A stretch of DNA of 64,000 nt from Paraspadella gotoi (GCA_051294375.1 CM119263.1:1075756-1139755); one strand, 5' to 3'; positions 40,317 to 52,285 are shown, counted from the stretch's first letter. The notes: generated from the letters alone by a model not told the origin. Numbers and translations are program-made.

Positions 40317-42672
40317 CCATCATCATCATCATCGTCGTCGTCATCATCATCATCATCGGAATCATCTTCTACCAGATATCAACTTCGGTTCCATAAATCG
40401 TCGTCGACACAAAAAGTTCCGGCGCCGCATATTCTGGTTGGTCGTTGAAAATTGGGATTTTGAAATGATTTTCAACCAGTAAACTTATTTATAATTTCAT
40501 AACTAAACAATTATGATTGAGGCGGAAGACCTGGGGATCCGCAATGGGTTTTCAAGAGTGAACCTTCGGGCAAAATGTTGGAAAGACCAAAGTCGATCAA
40601 TTTAATGCGAGTCTTCCATCTGAAAAATAACGGATGGATGGATGGATGGGTGGATAGATGGATGGATGTCGGATGGTTGGATGGATGTCGGATGGTTGAA
40701 TGGATGGATGGATGGATGGATGGATGGATGGATGGATGGATGGATGGATGGATGGATGGATGGATGGATGGATGGATGGATGGATGGATGGATGGATGGA
40801 TGGATGGATGGATGGATGGATGGATGGATGGTTAAATAAAAAATAAACTGCAGAGAGAGAAGAAAAACGAGAAAGATTTAAACTCAACTCAGAACGATAA
40901 AAAGCATTAACACGATGAACAAAATATGAAATAACTAAATAAGGTAAAAAACTGAATTCAAGTTAAAACAACAACTCGATTCGATAAATTTCCTCCGCCC
41001 CTCACCTTACCTTACCTCACCTTACTCAGTTACACAATTGATCTCTAAATATCCAACTTAGATCCTCTGACCTGTCTATCATGATATTTTCCATCTTAAG
41101 ATCTCGGTGAACGATTCCCATGCGATGCAGATATTCCAAAGCGGACAAAATCTGAGTCGAGGGAAAAGCGATTCCAAGGAATTAGACTCGAGGGAAGTTG
41201 TCATCATCATCGTTACTAGTCTAACGTTAGAGAGTCTCAATAAATGATTTAATTATAATTAATTTATGAAATTGGTACAACCAATATAATTATATTTGTT
41301 TATTGTTTCGGTAACACTATGGAGGTTCATCGTTCAACATTTGCGTCGATTTAGCTACAATGTTTGTCAAAACGAACGAATTTGTCTTGAAACTTCCGCT
41401 CAAATGCTTAAAAATTAAAGAATTTCCATCGGTTTGCTTTTTTTGTTAGTTTGTTTATTTATTAAGCACTTTTTGTTTGTTTATCGTTAGCCGACCTGAG
41501 CGGCGTAGAATCTTCCTTTAGCCTCAGCGAATCTCGTCTTTGGTTGTTTTGCCAAATGACGCATGAAGTCGCCGCCATCTTTAATCCAAAACAGAGTTTT
41601 GAGATAAGGACGGATGGACCGACAGAAAGACGGACCAACGGACCCACGGTTCCACTGACCGACAAACAGACAAACAGACCGACGGAGGAACAAGTGGGAC
41701 ACTCGATAACGGACCTAAAAGACTGCGAAACCTAAAAGTGAAGGGACCGATCGACCGACGGACCGAATGACGGATTGACTGACGTTCGGACAGACATGCA
41801 GACCGACCGACCGACCGTTTCTCACCGACGAATTCGGTGGCCATGCAAAAATAGACTGAGACTTGAAAAGCTTCGTAAAGATTCATGACGTTGGGGTGAC
41901 GAAGATTTCGCAATATGACGGCTTCTCTGTAGACGGTCCTTTTGACGTAGTCCTCTTTTATCGCCACCGTGTCGATGATCTTCAGCGCCACCTGCCGTTT
42001 ATGTTGTTGTTGTTGTTGTAGTCGTTGTAGTTATTTTGTTGTTGTTGTTATCTTCATCGTTGATGCCTTAGTTGGAAGCTTCGTTACAAAAACAAAAACA
42101 ATACAACACTTACAAGGGTTTATAAGATTTTAAAAATATTCCATTTGAATCCAAATAAGGACGAGGTTCCATCTTCTGGCTCCTTCGACTACCGTTGTTT
42201 GTGAGATTTGATGTTTGGCCAGAAACACTTTGGCGAAATTCCCTTTTCCCAACGTTTGCCAGATCACGTAGTCACCGATCCTTCGCGGTTTATGGGCGTG
42301 GCCCGCGTGGCTCGAGGCTTGGGATGGGGATGTTAAGAAGGCTGTGATGATGATGATGATGATGATGGTGATGATAATGATGATGATGGTGTCGTTAATG
42401 TATACGCAAGAAGAAGGAATTTCATTTGTTCCTTTTTCTTAGTGATGAGGCGATTAATCATTCAGCTGATGTCGGTGACAACGAAGTCAATAAGGAATGA
42501 ATGATGAATGATGAATGATGATAAATACTAAAACTCGTTGCTGATGATTGTGATGATCTTGTGGCAGCGAATTTTAATACCCGAAAAAAAAACGACAGAT
42601 TAAAAAGATTTTGCAGACGAATCAAAAATGAAGCCTAACCGCTAAAAGAGAAGAAAATAAAGAGAAAGAGAA

Positions 42673-42739
<67 letters not shown>

Positions 42740-42925
42740 AGTAGACAGAGAAGAAATACCCATCGAATCATCATCTTCTGAAGAAAAAAAATCCTGACAT
42801 TTAAACAAATGACTTTTTTTTTACAAATGCAAATTAGTTTAAAGATTAACGCGGTTTTTTTTTAAAACTCTCTAAACTAAAGGGAAGAGAAAAGATGAAC
42901 CTTGAGTTTTTTGCTGATTCGCCAT
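33597..42925 (-). CDS. AMPK-related (CAMKL) Ser/Thr kinase, HUNK/MARK-like, with UBA-like domain and long disordered C-terminus; 18 exons, about 1581 aa (gene span)
   Basis: Manual splicing gives all kinase motifs in order: [15 protein letters not shown] (helix C), [41 protein letters not shown]. All 17 GT-AG introns are phase-consistent and the CDS is 4746 nt. Confidence 0.9.
33862..34399 (-). CDS. kinase exon 17 (S/P/Q-rich)
   Basis: Matches the 173-aa ORF in phase. It either splices at CG|GTAAAG or stops at the TAA ending at 33858. Confidence 0.75.
34582..34708 (-). CDS. kinase exon 16 ([17 protein letters not shown]...)
   Basis: TTTTTTTTACAG acceptor; G|GTGAAT donor. Confidence 0.7.
34858..34941 (-). 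CDS. kinase exon 15 ([28 protein letters not shown])
   Basis: Pyrimidine-rich acceptor, 84 bp, phase 0-0. Confidence 0.6.
35184..36931 (-). CDS. kinase exon 14 (1748 bp, disordered, contains a 16-aa tandem repeat)
   Basis: Corresponds to the 589-aa ORF in the track and ends at CCA|GTGAGT. Confidence 0.85.
37005..37512 (-). CDS. kinase exon 13 (low complexity, poly-D/N)
   Basis: Open frame, phase-consistent, followed by a 73-bp intron. Confidence 0.78.
37668..37716 (-). pseudogene. internally deleted tRNA-like relic (A box and B box, no anticodon arm) in kinase intron 12
   Basis: Minus strand reads TAGCGCAATGGTTAAGAGC-CTGAGTGTCAT-GAGTTCGAAT. Confidence 0.5.
37829..38323 (-). CDS. kinase exon 12 (...[12 protein letters not shown]...)
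   Basis: Long GC-rich open frame; TACAG acceptor; ACG|GTAAAA donor. Confidence 0.8.
38519..38644 (-). CDS. kinase exon 11 ([18 protein letters not shown]...)
   Basis: Strong acceptor CTTTTCTCTTCAG, phase 0. The donor could lie 15 nt earlier. Confidence 0.65.
38716..38884 (-). CDS. kinase exon 10 (linker to the UBA-like domain)
   Basis: Open frame with phase-consistent acceptor TTCCCAG. The donor position is less certain. Confidence 0.7.
39275..39455 (-). CDS. kinase exon 9 (AGLTQAH...[21 protein letters not shown]...)
   Basis: Subdomain XI Arg and HxW motif. Confidence 0.88.
39794..39897 (-). CDS. kinase exon 8 ([16 protein letters not shown]...KKIIQ)
   Basis: Subdomains IX-X. Confidence 0.92.
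40373..40433 (-). CDS. kinase exon 7 ([21 protein letters not shown])
   Basis: APE motif and subdomain IX. Confidence 0.95.
40531..40619 (-). CDS. kinase exon 6 ([25 protein letters not shown])
   Basis: DFG motif and an activation loop with the LxTxCGSP LKB1-type site. Confidence 0.96.
41072..41151 (-). CDS. kinase exon 5 ([26 protein letters not shown])
   Basis: Catalytic loop HRDLKxEN. Confidence 0.96.
41496..41578 (-). CDS. kinase exon 4 ([28 protein letters not shown])
   Basis: Subdomains V-VIa; AAG acceptor; CAG|GTCGGC donor. Confidence 0.93.
41826..41991 (-). CDS. kinase exon 3 (VALKIIDT...[19 protein letters not shown]...ATEFV)
   Basis: Subdomains II-V; donor G|GTGAGA. Confidence 0.95.
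42193..42341 (-). CDS. kinase exon 2 (Gly-rich loop: [24 protein letters not shown])
   Basis: Subdomain I motif; CAG acceptor; ACG|GTAGTC donor. Confidence 0.9.
42901..42925 (-). CDS. kinase exon 1 (MANQQKTQ)
   Basis: CAAAAATGG Kozak context; donor CAAG|GTTCAT; phase 1 fits exon 2. Confidence 0.65.
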
Positions 42926-43698
42926 TTTTGTTTTCTCGCCGCCGGCGTCGCTGGGGACGACGATGATGACGACGAAAAAGACAACGACGATGATGACGAC
43001 GACGAAAATCTCTCGCGCGTCACGGTTCCATTTTTAAAGACGAATTCTGACGGCGAACAACGACGAAGTCCAACGACGAACGGTTCAGACCAGCGGCGAA
43101 ATTGGAACAAATAAACGAAATTTAACGAAAATTTGAATGAATTTAGTTTATTAAAAAATCGGTAAAATATTAAAATCAAAGTAATCACTTTTAAAATGAA
43201 CTCGTTTTTTTTTTCAATTCCTTTCGTTAAATTCATTAATTATATTGATTATTTTAAACTCGGCATGAGTCGCTAAGCCTGAGCTATCGTAATCAGCGCT
43301 AAGTCGTAAAAGAAAATTTAGTTTTGTTATTTAATTTTATACTGATTTTGTTATTGTGCCTTGCATCTCTGAGATTCTTATTAAGTGATTTAAGTTAGGA
43401 TTTTGTTAAAATAATAAGTAAATTTGTATTGCCCACCTTGCCATTCCATGCCAAGCCATGTCATAATTTCTGATCATTTTTAGTCGAGATATCAAAGCAA
43501 ACCCCTCCTCTTCCTCTTCCTCTCCTCCTCCTCCTCCTCTTCTATGTCCGGATTCTGAAAGCGAATAAAAATTATTCACCGCCCCCCTACCCCCCCTCTC
43601 CCTTGGACAGGCGAAATGACATGAAACGACGCTAGAACCACGAGATCGCCCTTTATGCAAACGAGAGAGAGAGAGAGAGAGAGAGGCAGAGAGAGAGG

Positions 43699-43763
<65 letters not shown>

Positions 43764-44850
43764 GAAGAGAGAGAGAAGGAGAGTTGTTTTACGTTGACCT
43801 TGTTGTTGTTTAGTCGCGTCTCGAGTTTTTCTTTCTCAATGTTGTTTTGTTTGTTTTTTTCGAAGGTCAAAAGTNNNNNNNNNNNNNNNNNNNNNNNNNN
43901 NNNNNNNNNNNNNNNNNNNNNNNNNNNNNNNNNNNNNNNNNNNNNNNNNNNNNNNNNNNNNNNNNNNNNNNNNNNNNNNNNNNNNNNNNNNNNNNNNNNN
44001 NNNNNNNNNNNNNNNNNNNNNNNNNNNNNNNNNNNNNNNNNNNNNNNNNNNNNNNNNNNNNNNNNNNNNNNNNNNNNNNNNNNNNNNNNNNNNNNNNNNN
44101 NNNNNNNNNNNNNNNNNNNNNNNNNNNNNNNNNNNNNNNNNNNNNNNNNNNNNNNNNNNNNNNNNNNNNNNNNNNNNNNNNNNNNNNNNNNNNNNNNNNN
44201 NNNNNNNNNNNNNNNNNNNNNNNNNNNNNNNNNNNNNNNNNNNNNNNNNNNNNNNNNNNNNNNNNNNNNNNNNNNNNNNNNNNNNNNNNNNNNNNNNNNN
44301 NNNNNNNNNNNNNNNNNNNNNNNNNNNNNNNNNNNNNNNNNNNNNNNNNNNNNNNNNNNNNNNNNNNNNNNNNNNNNNNNNNNNNNNNNNNNNNNNNNNN
44401 NNNNNNNNNNNNNNNNNNNNNNNNNNNNNNNNNNNNNNNNNNNNNNNNNNNNNNNNNNNNNNNNNNNNNNNNNNNNNNNNNNNNNNNNNNNNNNNNNNNN
44501 NNNNNNNNNNNNNNNNNNNNNNNNNNNNNNNNNNNNNNNNNNNNNNNNNNNNNNNNNNNNNNNNNNNNNNNNNNNNNNNNNNNNNNNNNNNNNNNNNNNN
44601 NNNNNNNNNNNNNNNNNNNNNNNNNNNNACGAAGAAGGAGAAAAGAAGGAGAGGGGATATAACTGAAGAGAGAAGAGTGAAGGAAAAGAGAGGTGATAGG
44701 AGAAGAAGGAGAATGATAAGAAGGAGAGGGATAAACTAAGGAGAAGAAGTAGAAGAAAAAGACCTCTTATCTCCTTCAAATGAAATAGAGAAAAAAAAAG
44801 AGAGAATGTCAATTGTTCACCGACATGAGACCCGTTAGAAAAAGAAAAGA

Positions 44851-44886
<36 letters not shown>

Positions 44887-44892
44887 GGAGAG

Positions 44893-44940
<48 letters not shown>

Positions 44941-45884
44941 CGAAAAAATATAGAGAGAAAAAAGAGAGACATGGGAGAGAGTCAAGAACGAAAAAAGGAT
45001 TCGAGAGAAGGAGAGAGGAGAGAGAGAGAGAGAGGAGCAGATCGAGAGAGAGAGACTGGAAAGAGACTAGAGAGAGAGAGAGATGAGACTACCTGGCTCC
45101 CTTCTGAGTGGCAAATGCATTCGATAAATCAACTCGTCGTGTCGCGTCGTCTTCGTTTTCGTTGTCGTCGTCGTCGCTGGTCAGTGAATGGAAGGACGAA
45201 AAACTTCACTGGTCGCGATTTTTAAGCAAAAACTCGGTCAGGTTCTCACATTGAATGCTTTTAGTGAATGAACAGCTTTTAGTGAATGAACAGCTTTTAG
45301 TGAATGAAAAGCTTTCTGTGAATGAACAGCTTTTATTGCTCTCTTACAAAGCACAACGGAACCTGCATTTTCCAAGATTAACGATATTTACAAAAAAAGA
45401 TAAAGTTAAAAAAATGGAATTAAATCGATAATTATGACTAATTAATAAATATATAATTAATAGAAATTTCACCTCAGGATCATCATTGAACATTTTTTTT
45501 AGCTCTATTCTCTATTCTCACCCAAAATAGAAGAAAGGCCTGGTTTTTGAGGTTTTCGAGTTTTTGAGGTTTTTAACTTTTGGTTACTTTCTTTTTTTTT
45601 CTTTCTTTTTTTTCTGCTTTCGCATTGAAAAACCTTTTATGGCGACCGTATAACATTTTTTTGTTCGCCAAACAATAATCCTTTAAAGGGGAAAATCTAT
45701 TTCGTTTCTTGGTTGGTGGTTTTTCTCTCCCGCGATTCCTAACATTCGTTCTTTGTCAAATGATTAGAAGTTGATTTTTGGCTCTATTTTTCAAAAGTGC
45801 CCCATTTCAGCATTTATAGAATAAGTTACGAGTAAGAGATTAGGGTTAGGGATTAGCTTAGTAATTGGGTTAAAGATGACTGTC

Positions 45885-46066
45885 CGCAACTTCTATAAGC
45901 CCCTCGAGCAGCCATAGAATGGGTCCCTGGGCTTGAGGGATAACCATGCTCCCAAGGCGGCTTACGGCCGTCCTCACGCTTCCCGCAGGGCAGGTACCGT
46001 ATTGGGATCGATCCCGGTACCTAGTGGTCAGGAGGTGATGGCTTTACTCAATGAGCTACCGGGTCG
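45885..46066 (-). mobile_element. second tRNA-derived SINE-like element with a GC-rich structured body
   Basis: The minus strand has an A box (GGTAGCTCATTGAGTAAAGC) and a B box (GGGATCGATCCC) at tRNA spacing, forming a GC-rich island in AT-rich DNA. Only one copy is in this window. Confidence 0.6.
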
Positions 46067-46611
46067 CAATGCCCGACTACACAAATGACAATTTTTTTTT
46101 TTTTACATTTTATTTTTTAATACGGATTTCAATAGAGCTTGAAAGTTAAATGAAAGTTAGTACTAATTTTTTTCAAATTTTGACAATAAATTGGTTAAAA
46201 TAGAAAAAGCCTTAAAAAATCATCACTCATCATCATTGGCTGTATTTTATATATTTTTTTAAAATTTTCATTAATAAAACCAAAAAAAGAAATTAAATTT
46301 GTATTAATAACCTTTATCTAACTTTTTAAAGCTCTATCGGAATCTAACCAAAAAAATTTAAAAAATTTAAAAAATATCACCATCATCGTCATCATCATCA
46401 TCGTCGTCGTCGTCGTCGTCGTCTTATTGAACAACAACAACAACAACAACAACAACAACGAGAACCGAAAGCGTCACCCACATTCGACGCCAATTTTTCT
46501 CGCGACGAAAGAGACGAACGACGCCGCGTGACGCCGCACGACGTCGCACGACGCCGCCGCGCGACACGAATTCACCTTTTTGCGTTGATCGATGAATGAA
46601 ACGAATTTTCT

Positions 46612-46785
46612 AAAAAGACGCCGCCATTTTAAAAAGAAGCCGAAATTGTAAAAAGACGCCGCCATTTTAAAAAGACGCCGCCATTTTAAAACGACTCCGC
46701 CATTTACAAAAGACGCCGAAATTTTAAAATGACGCCGCCATTTTAAAAAGACGCCGCCATTTTAAAAAGACGCCGCTATTTTTAG
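46612..46785. repeat. 18-20-bp minisatellite (AAAAGACGCCGCCATTTT), about 9 copies
   Basis: Tandem units are directly visible. Confidence 0.9.
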
Positions 46786-47619
46786 AGGCGACGAATTTTG
46801 ATGGAGGAACGACCTGGATTAAATAATTAAGCGTTTGAAGTGAAGAGAAAAGAGAAAAGAGTTTCGCGTGAAAGACTTAAGAATAATAAAAATAACGCTA
46901 CATTCCCAATAATTGTTAAATATTATACGATTTAAACAAAAAAGTTACAAAAAATAAAAATAGAATGAATATTATATTCTATATTAAATATTTTAAAATA
47001 TTCAAATTTAAAATACGTAGTAAAACAATTAATTTTGTAATTTTCATAAACAAAGTATCTTTCGATTATAGTACTCCATAAACTAAAAGAACATCTTGCC
47101 ATAAAAATCGTTCAATCTACTAGTTTACCGTGAGCCGGTACACAAATTCGTGAGACGACCGAAGCGTGAGTTTCGTGATCGTATTGTGAGTCCAAAGACT
47201 CGGAACCCGAGTTGGATTAAAAATTTAGAAAAATCGTAATTTTAGTTGGGAATACAATTTTGAATTGGTTCACTTGGTCGAGGGATGTGCATTTGTGGAG
47301 TAATGCTTTTAGGATAAGAGCAGTTGCAAGTTTCTGCAACAGCGGATGATCAATTGGTGAACAAATGTGACTTGGAGTGACAAAGTCCCTCTAGCGGCAG
47401 CAGAAGGGAATCCGACTTTTTGTCCTACAATTCCCTATCGACACTCGAGGTTACGATGACCTGACAGCTTCTCCTTTGTCCTCNNNNNNNNNNTCGTCGT
47501 CGTCGTCGTCTCTCAAATTATCGTTCTAGTTGCTGTTGTTGTTGTTGTAGTAGCTAGCGGAACCATCTATCGATTTGACGGTCGATCATGTGTTCTTTTG
47601 TTTTCGCGCGAGGATTTAC

Positions 47620-47690
47620 TTTCGAGTTCTCGGGCAGCTACTCTATAAGTCACGTTTCGCTCGGTCGGTCGGTCGGTCTGTCCATCAGTG
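47620..47690 (+). mobile_element. 5' fragment of a family Y-related HINE element
   Basis: ACTCTATAAGTCAC followed by (GGTC)n, matching the reverse complement of 21420-21470. Confidence 0.55.
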
Positions 47691-48169
47691 TATCTCTCTT
47701 AAGATTTAAGTGTTCATAACTAAGGTAAAACTGCACTATTTTTATAAATACTTCGTTTTAGGGTAAATCACAGTAAGATGCTTCATGCTTAATGCTACAT
47801 ACTTGTCTTATAACGTGAATTTAGAAAACCGCGTAAGAAAGTCGACACATCATTTTTAACTTTCCGGTTCTTGTTTTATTCCAGCCGAGTTTTTTCGATC
47901 AAAAGCCAGAACAAAAAATGTTTCATCAATCATTTCAGTTCGAGAAAAAGTCGCTAACGCAGAATGAAAACCGGAAGCTTAAAATCCAGAGGGAGGAATA
48001 AATAAGAGAGTACCAAACAAAAGATCATGCGGATAGACAAAAGACACCGAGGAGAAAGGAAAGGATAGACAAGTAAACAGAAAGAGAGATAGTGACAGAA
48101 AGACAGATATTTTGTTCTGCGTTTGAACTCGCTGTCACAAATGGGTTTTCTATGGCGACAACCAGTTCG

Positions 48170-49631
48170 CGCCACCGGCCTTTCAACTCCCCCCCCCTTC
48201 TCGTACACAACCAGTTACTATGGCAACCATCTACTTCCGGAATTGGACCGCGATGGAAAGGAAGAGAAATTCTCTTTGGAAACTGAACACTCGTGGTTGT
48301 TGTTTTCGTTGTCGCGAGCGGAATGAAAACCAGAGATATCATATGGATTGAGTAAACGTTGACCATTTTGTGACAATTTTCCTCTTTACCGAAAAGGTTA
48401 GAAAGAGAAGGAGGAAAAAAATTAAAATACGTAGTAAAACCATTAATTTTGTAATTATGTTAGTATGTAAGTATGTTTCGATTATAGTACTCCAGAACCT
48501 AAAAGTACATCTAGCCATAAAAATCGACCAATCTACAAGTTTACCGTGAGCCGGTTTGTAACATAATTAAACTATGAACTTGAGAGGTTTTTCCCCTGCA
48601 AGCTTTCAATTCCAAGGACTCTCTTCACATTTTGTTATTCTCGACTTTTATCGACTCCCCAGCCATTACTTCTTGCGCTCCCATCAATTGATCAAGTGCG
48701 CACGTATAAATTATTATAGTTATGTTTCAATTGTTATTGAAAAAGACCCCTCTCAACGAACAACAACAACAACAAAAAAAACCAACAACAACAACGTACT
48801 CTTAGTTTCTCACCAATACGATCACGCTTCTGGTCTCCGTCCTCACGAATTTAGTTGNNNNNNNNNNNNNNNNNNNNNNNNNNNNNNNNNNNNNNNNNNN
48901 NNNNNNNNNNNNNNNNNNNNNNNNNNNNNNNNNNNNNNNNNNNNNNNNNNNNNNNNNNNNNNNNNNNNNNNNNNNNNNNNNNNNNNNNNNNNNNNNNNNN
49001 NNNNNNNNNNNNNNNNNNNNNNNNNNNNNTAAAAATCGACCAATCTACAAGTTTACCGTGAGCCGGTTCACAAATTCGTGAGACGACCGAAGCGTGATCG
49101 TATTGTGAGAAACTAAGAGTACGTTGTTGTTGTTGTTGTTTTTGTTGTTGTTGTTGTTGTTGAGAGTGGTCTTTTCATACAATTGAAACATACTATGAAA
49201 TATTATACCACTTCATTGATAGGGAACCCAGGTAATCTGGGAGTGAATAAGCGAGACTGTGAGAGAGTCTTGATTGAAAGCTTGCAGGGACCTGCTAAGT
49301 CATTATGTTTATTATGTTACATTAAAAATGCTATTTCCTTTTTTAAATATTTAACAATTTACTGAAATCATCATTGCTTTAGGCTTCGCTCCTTCTAGCA
49401 GTAAAAGCGGCTAAAACATTTTGGGCAAAATATTACGATCATATTGTGATTAAATTTACGGGTTTTTTTCGACGAAAAATAATTTATCGGAAATTTTGTG
49501 AATTTTTTTTTGTGAAAAAAAACGATGATGATCGAAGGTGATTCGATTTTCACAACGACGACGACGACGATGAAGATGATGATGACGAAAATGAAAAATC
49601 GGCCTGAAATTTGGAAATGATACAAACGATG

Positions 49632-49667
<36 letters not shown>

Positions 49668-52280
49668 GAAGGAAGGAAGGAAGAAAAGTAAAAAGACAGA
49701 AAGGGAGAGAAACAGAAATGGAGAGACAGAAAAGGAGGAAGAAAAAATTTCACAGACAGAAATGGAAACAAGAAAAAAGAAGAGCTCAGACCGTCGCGCC
49801 TCCTGGGCGGCGACGACGACGACGACGACGATGGTGACGACGAAGGCGACGTCATTGGACGGACGTCGCGTGTAAAACGCGATTGGTTGAGCGACAATTC
49901 GCTGAACGTCATCGCACGTGATTCTCAAATTTGAGAGAGAGGATGACGCGGAAATAAGAGGTAGGNNNNNNNNNNNNNNNNNNNNNNNNNNNNNNNNNNN
50001 NNNNNNNNNNNNNNNNNNNNNNNNNNNNNNNNNNNNNNNNNNNNNNNNNNNNNNNNNNNNNNNNNNNNNNNNNNNNNNNNNNNNNNNNNNNNNNNNNNNN
50101 NNNNNNNNNNNNNNNNNNNNNNNNNNNNNNNNNNNNNNNNNNNNNNNNNNNNNNNNNNNNNNNNNNNNNNNNNNNNNNNNNNNNNNNNNNNNNNNNNNNN
50201 NNNNNNNNNNNNNNNNNNNNNNNNNNNNNNNNNNNNNNNNNNNNNNNNNNNNNNNNNNNNNNNNNNNNNNNNNNNNNNNNNNNNNNNNNNNNNNNNNNNN
50301 NNNNNNNNNNNNNNNNNNNNNNNNNNNNNNNNNNNNNNNNNNNNNNNNNNNNNNNNNNNNNNNNNNNNNNNNNNNNNNNNNNNNNNNNNNNNNNNNNNNN
50401 NNNNNNNNNNNNNNNNNNNNNNNNNNNNNNNNNNNNNNNNNNNNNNNNNNNNNNNNNNNNNNNNNNNNNNNNNNNNNNNNNNNNNNNNNNNNNNNNNNNN
50501 NNNNNNNNNNNNNNNNNNNNNNNNNNNNNNNNNNNNNNNNNNNNNNNNNNNNNNNNNNNNNNNNNNNNNNNNNNNNNNNNNNNNNNNNNNNNNNNNNNNN
50601 NNNNNNNNNNNNNNNNNNNNNNNNNNNNNNNNNNNNNNNNNNNNNNNNNNNNNNNNNNNNNNNNNNNNNNNNNNNNNNNNNNNNNNNNGAAAACAACACT
50701 AGAATCTCCGAGACAGGCTGGCCTTTGCAATAATTGACTTCCTTTTCTTCTCTTTATGCCGACATTTTTTTTCTTTTTGTTCGATGCGGAACCGACAGAC
50801 CGACAGACCGACAGACCGAAAGAGAGATGGGTACAGAGAAGGAGGCAGATGGGAAAGAGATGGCCTTAATTGGGAGGAGATGGGTCAAGAGATGGGGCAA
50901 ATAAGAAATAGATAGCGTAAGAAAATGAGAGAGAGATTGATTTTTGATTGACATTTAATTATGCTCATAATGTTAAATAAAAACACACATTTACAAATAC
51001 AGGGATGCGTAAGATGCAGAGAGAGAGAGATTTGATTTTTTTTGATTTATTATGCTCAAAAAATGTAATGTTTAACACAGTATAACAGATGTAACAGTTA
51101 ATGAGCCGTAACATATACCATGTATGTACACATTTTAAAGAAATGTAAATAAATTTAACAAAACAAAAAATACAAAGTGGACTAATTATATACAATAGTT
51201 TTAAATTTCAGTATTTACACATAGTTCAGGGGAGAGGGGGGAAGGAAGAGAGAGAGCGAGAGAGCGAGAGAGCGCAGATGAGCGAGAGAGCGAGAGAGCG
51301 AGAGAGCGAGCGAGAGAGCGAGAGAGCGAGAGAGCAGAAGGAGAGCGATTGAGAGCGAGAGAGAGAGACTTTGTAAGCCAAACGTCATATCTTTATAGCT
51401 TTATTTCAATTGTTCGACCTACTGATGTTGTTATTGTTGTTATTATTGTTACTGTTGTTGTACACAGAATCGTCAGCGAACTATTAAACCTGCAGCTAAA
51501 ATAAGATCTCGAAATTATAAATTCTTTAATCTGGTTTCGTGATTGGATTTCGTCTTCTTGACCTCGAGGGATCGACCATCGCCAGATTTTTAGATGAGAT
51601 GATTATCATGATATCAGTTTTCTTGAGGAAAGTCATTTTATATTTAACATTTATTTTTTGATGATTTTAATAATTATGTTCCCAAGTTTGATAATCTCAA
51701 GTTTTAAAGAAGAGAGTCCCGTCGTCAGTAGCAGCCAAGCGATGAGTCGGAGATACCGAGATCCGTTGAGCAATAAAAACGTTGTCCGTATGTCCGTTCC
51801 TAAGTCGAGGACATTCAGACAGACGTGGAGGATGAGTGGGACGAGAGAAGTAGTCATGGCCGTTTTTGCATTTGTATTTGCATTTGATTTAAAAAAACAA
51901 AACAAGCTCAAACGAAATGAAACAAAAAACAAAGAAAAAAAAGGTTTTTATTGACTTTTTACTTCTAATGAGTTCCAAATGAGAAGAAATTATTTCCGCG
52001 GTGACGGAAAAGTAAGTAACGCGGTAAGGTAAGTATTACTTACTTAGTAATGAGGAAAGTAATAAGCTTAATAAGGTGGTGTAATGAAAATATTGAGCGA
52101 TTGAACATTATTTTTTGGCTGCCTTTGTACATATACTTAACAAAATTTAAATCTTTTAAATAATTTTTTTAGCATAACAGTATAGCAAAATCTATTTTCT
52201 CTGTAGTAATATCCTTATAAAATCATGAAATTTCAAAATGAATTAAGAACAGATTCGGATTCACTGTAAAAAAAACTTTT
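48170..52280. repeat. multi-kb segmental repeat, copy 1 (contains N gaps)
   Basis: Colinear with 52286-55350 plus 58461-58560, and with 61461-64000. Confidence 0.9.
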
Positions 52281-52285
52281 GTAAC

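Noticed and set aside
45920-46000. HDV-like ribozyme around CGTCCTCACG
   Set aside because: I could not assemble P1, a 3-bp P3 and P2 in the required nested double-pseudoknot order.
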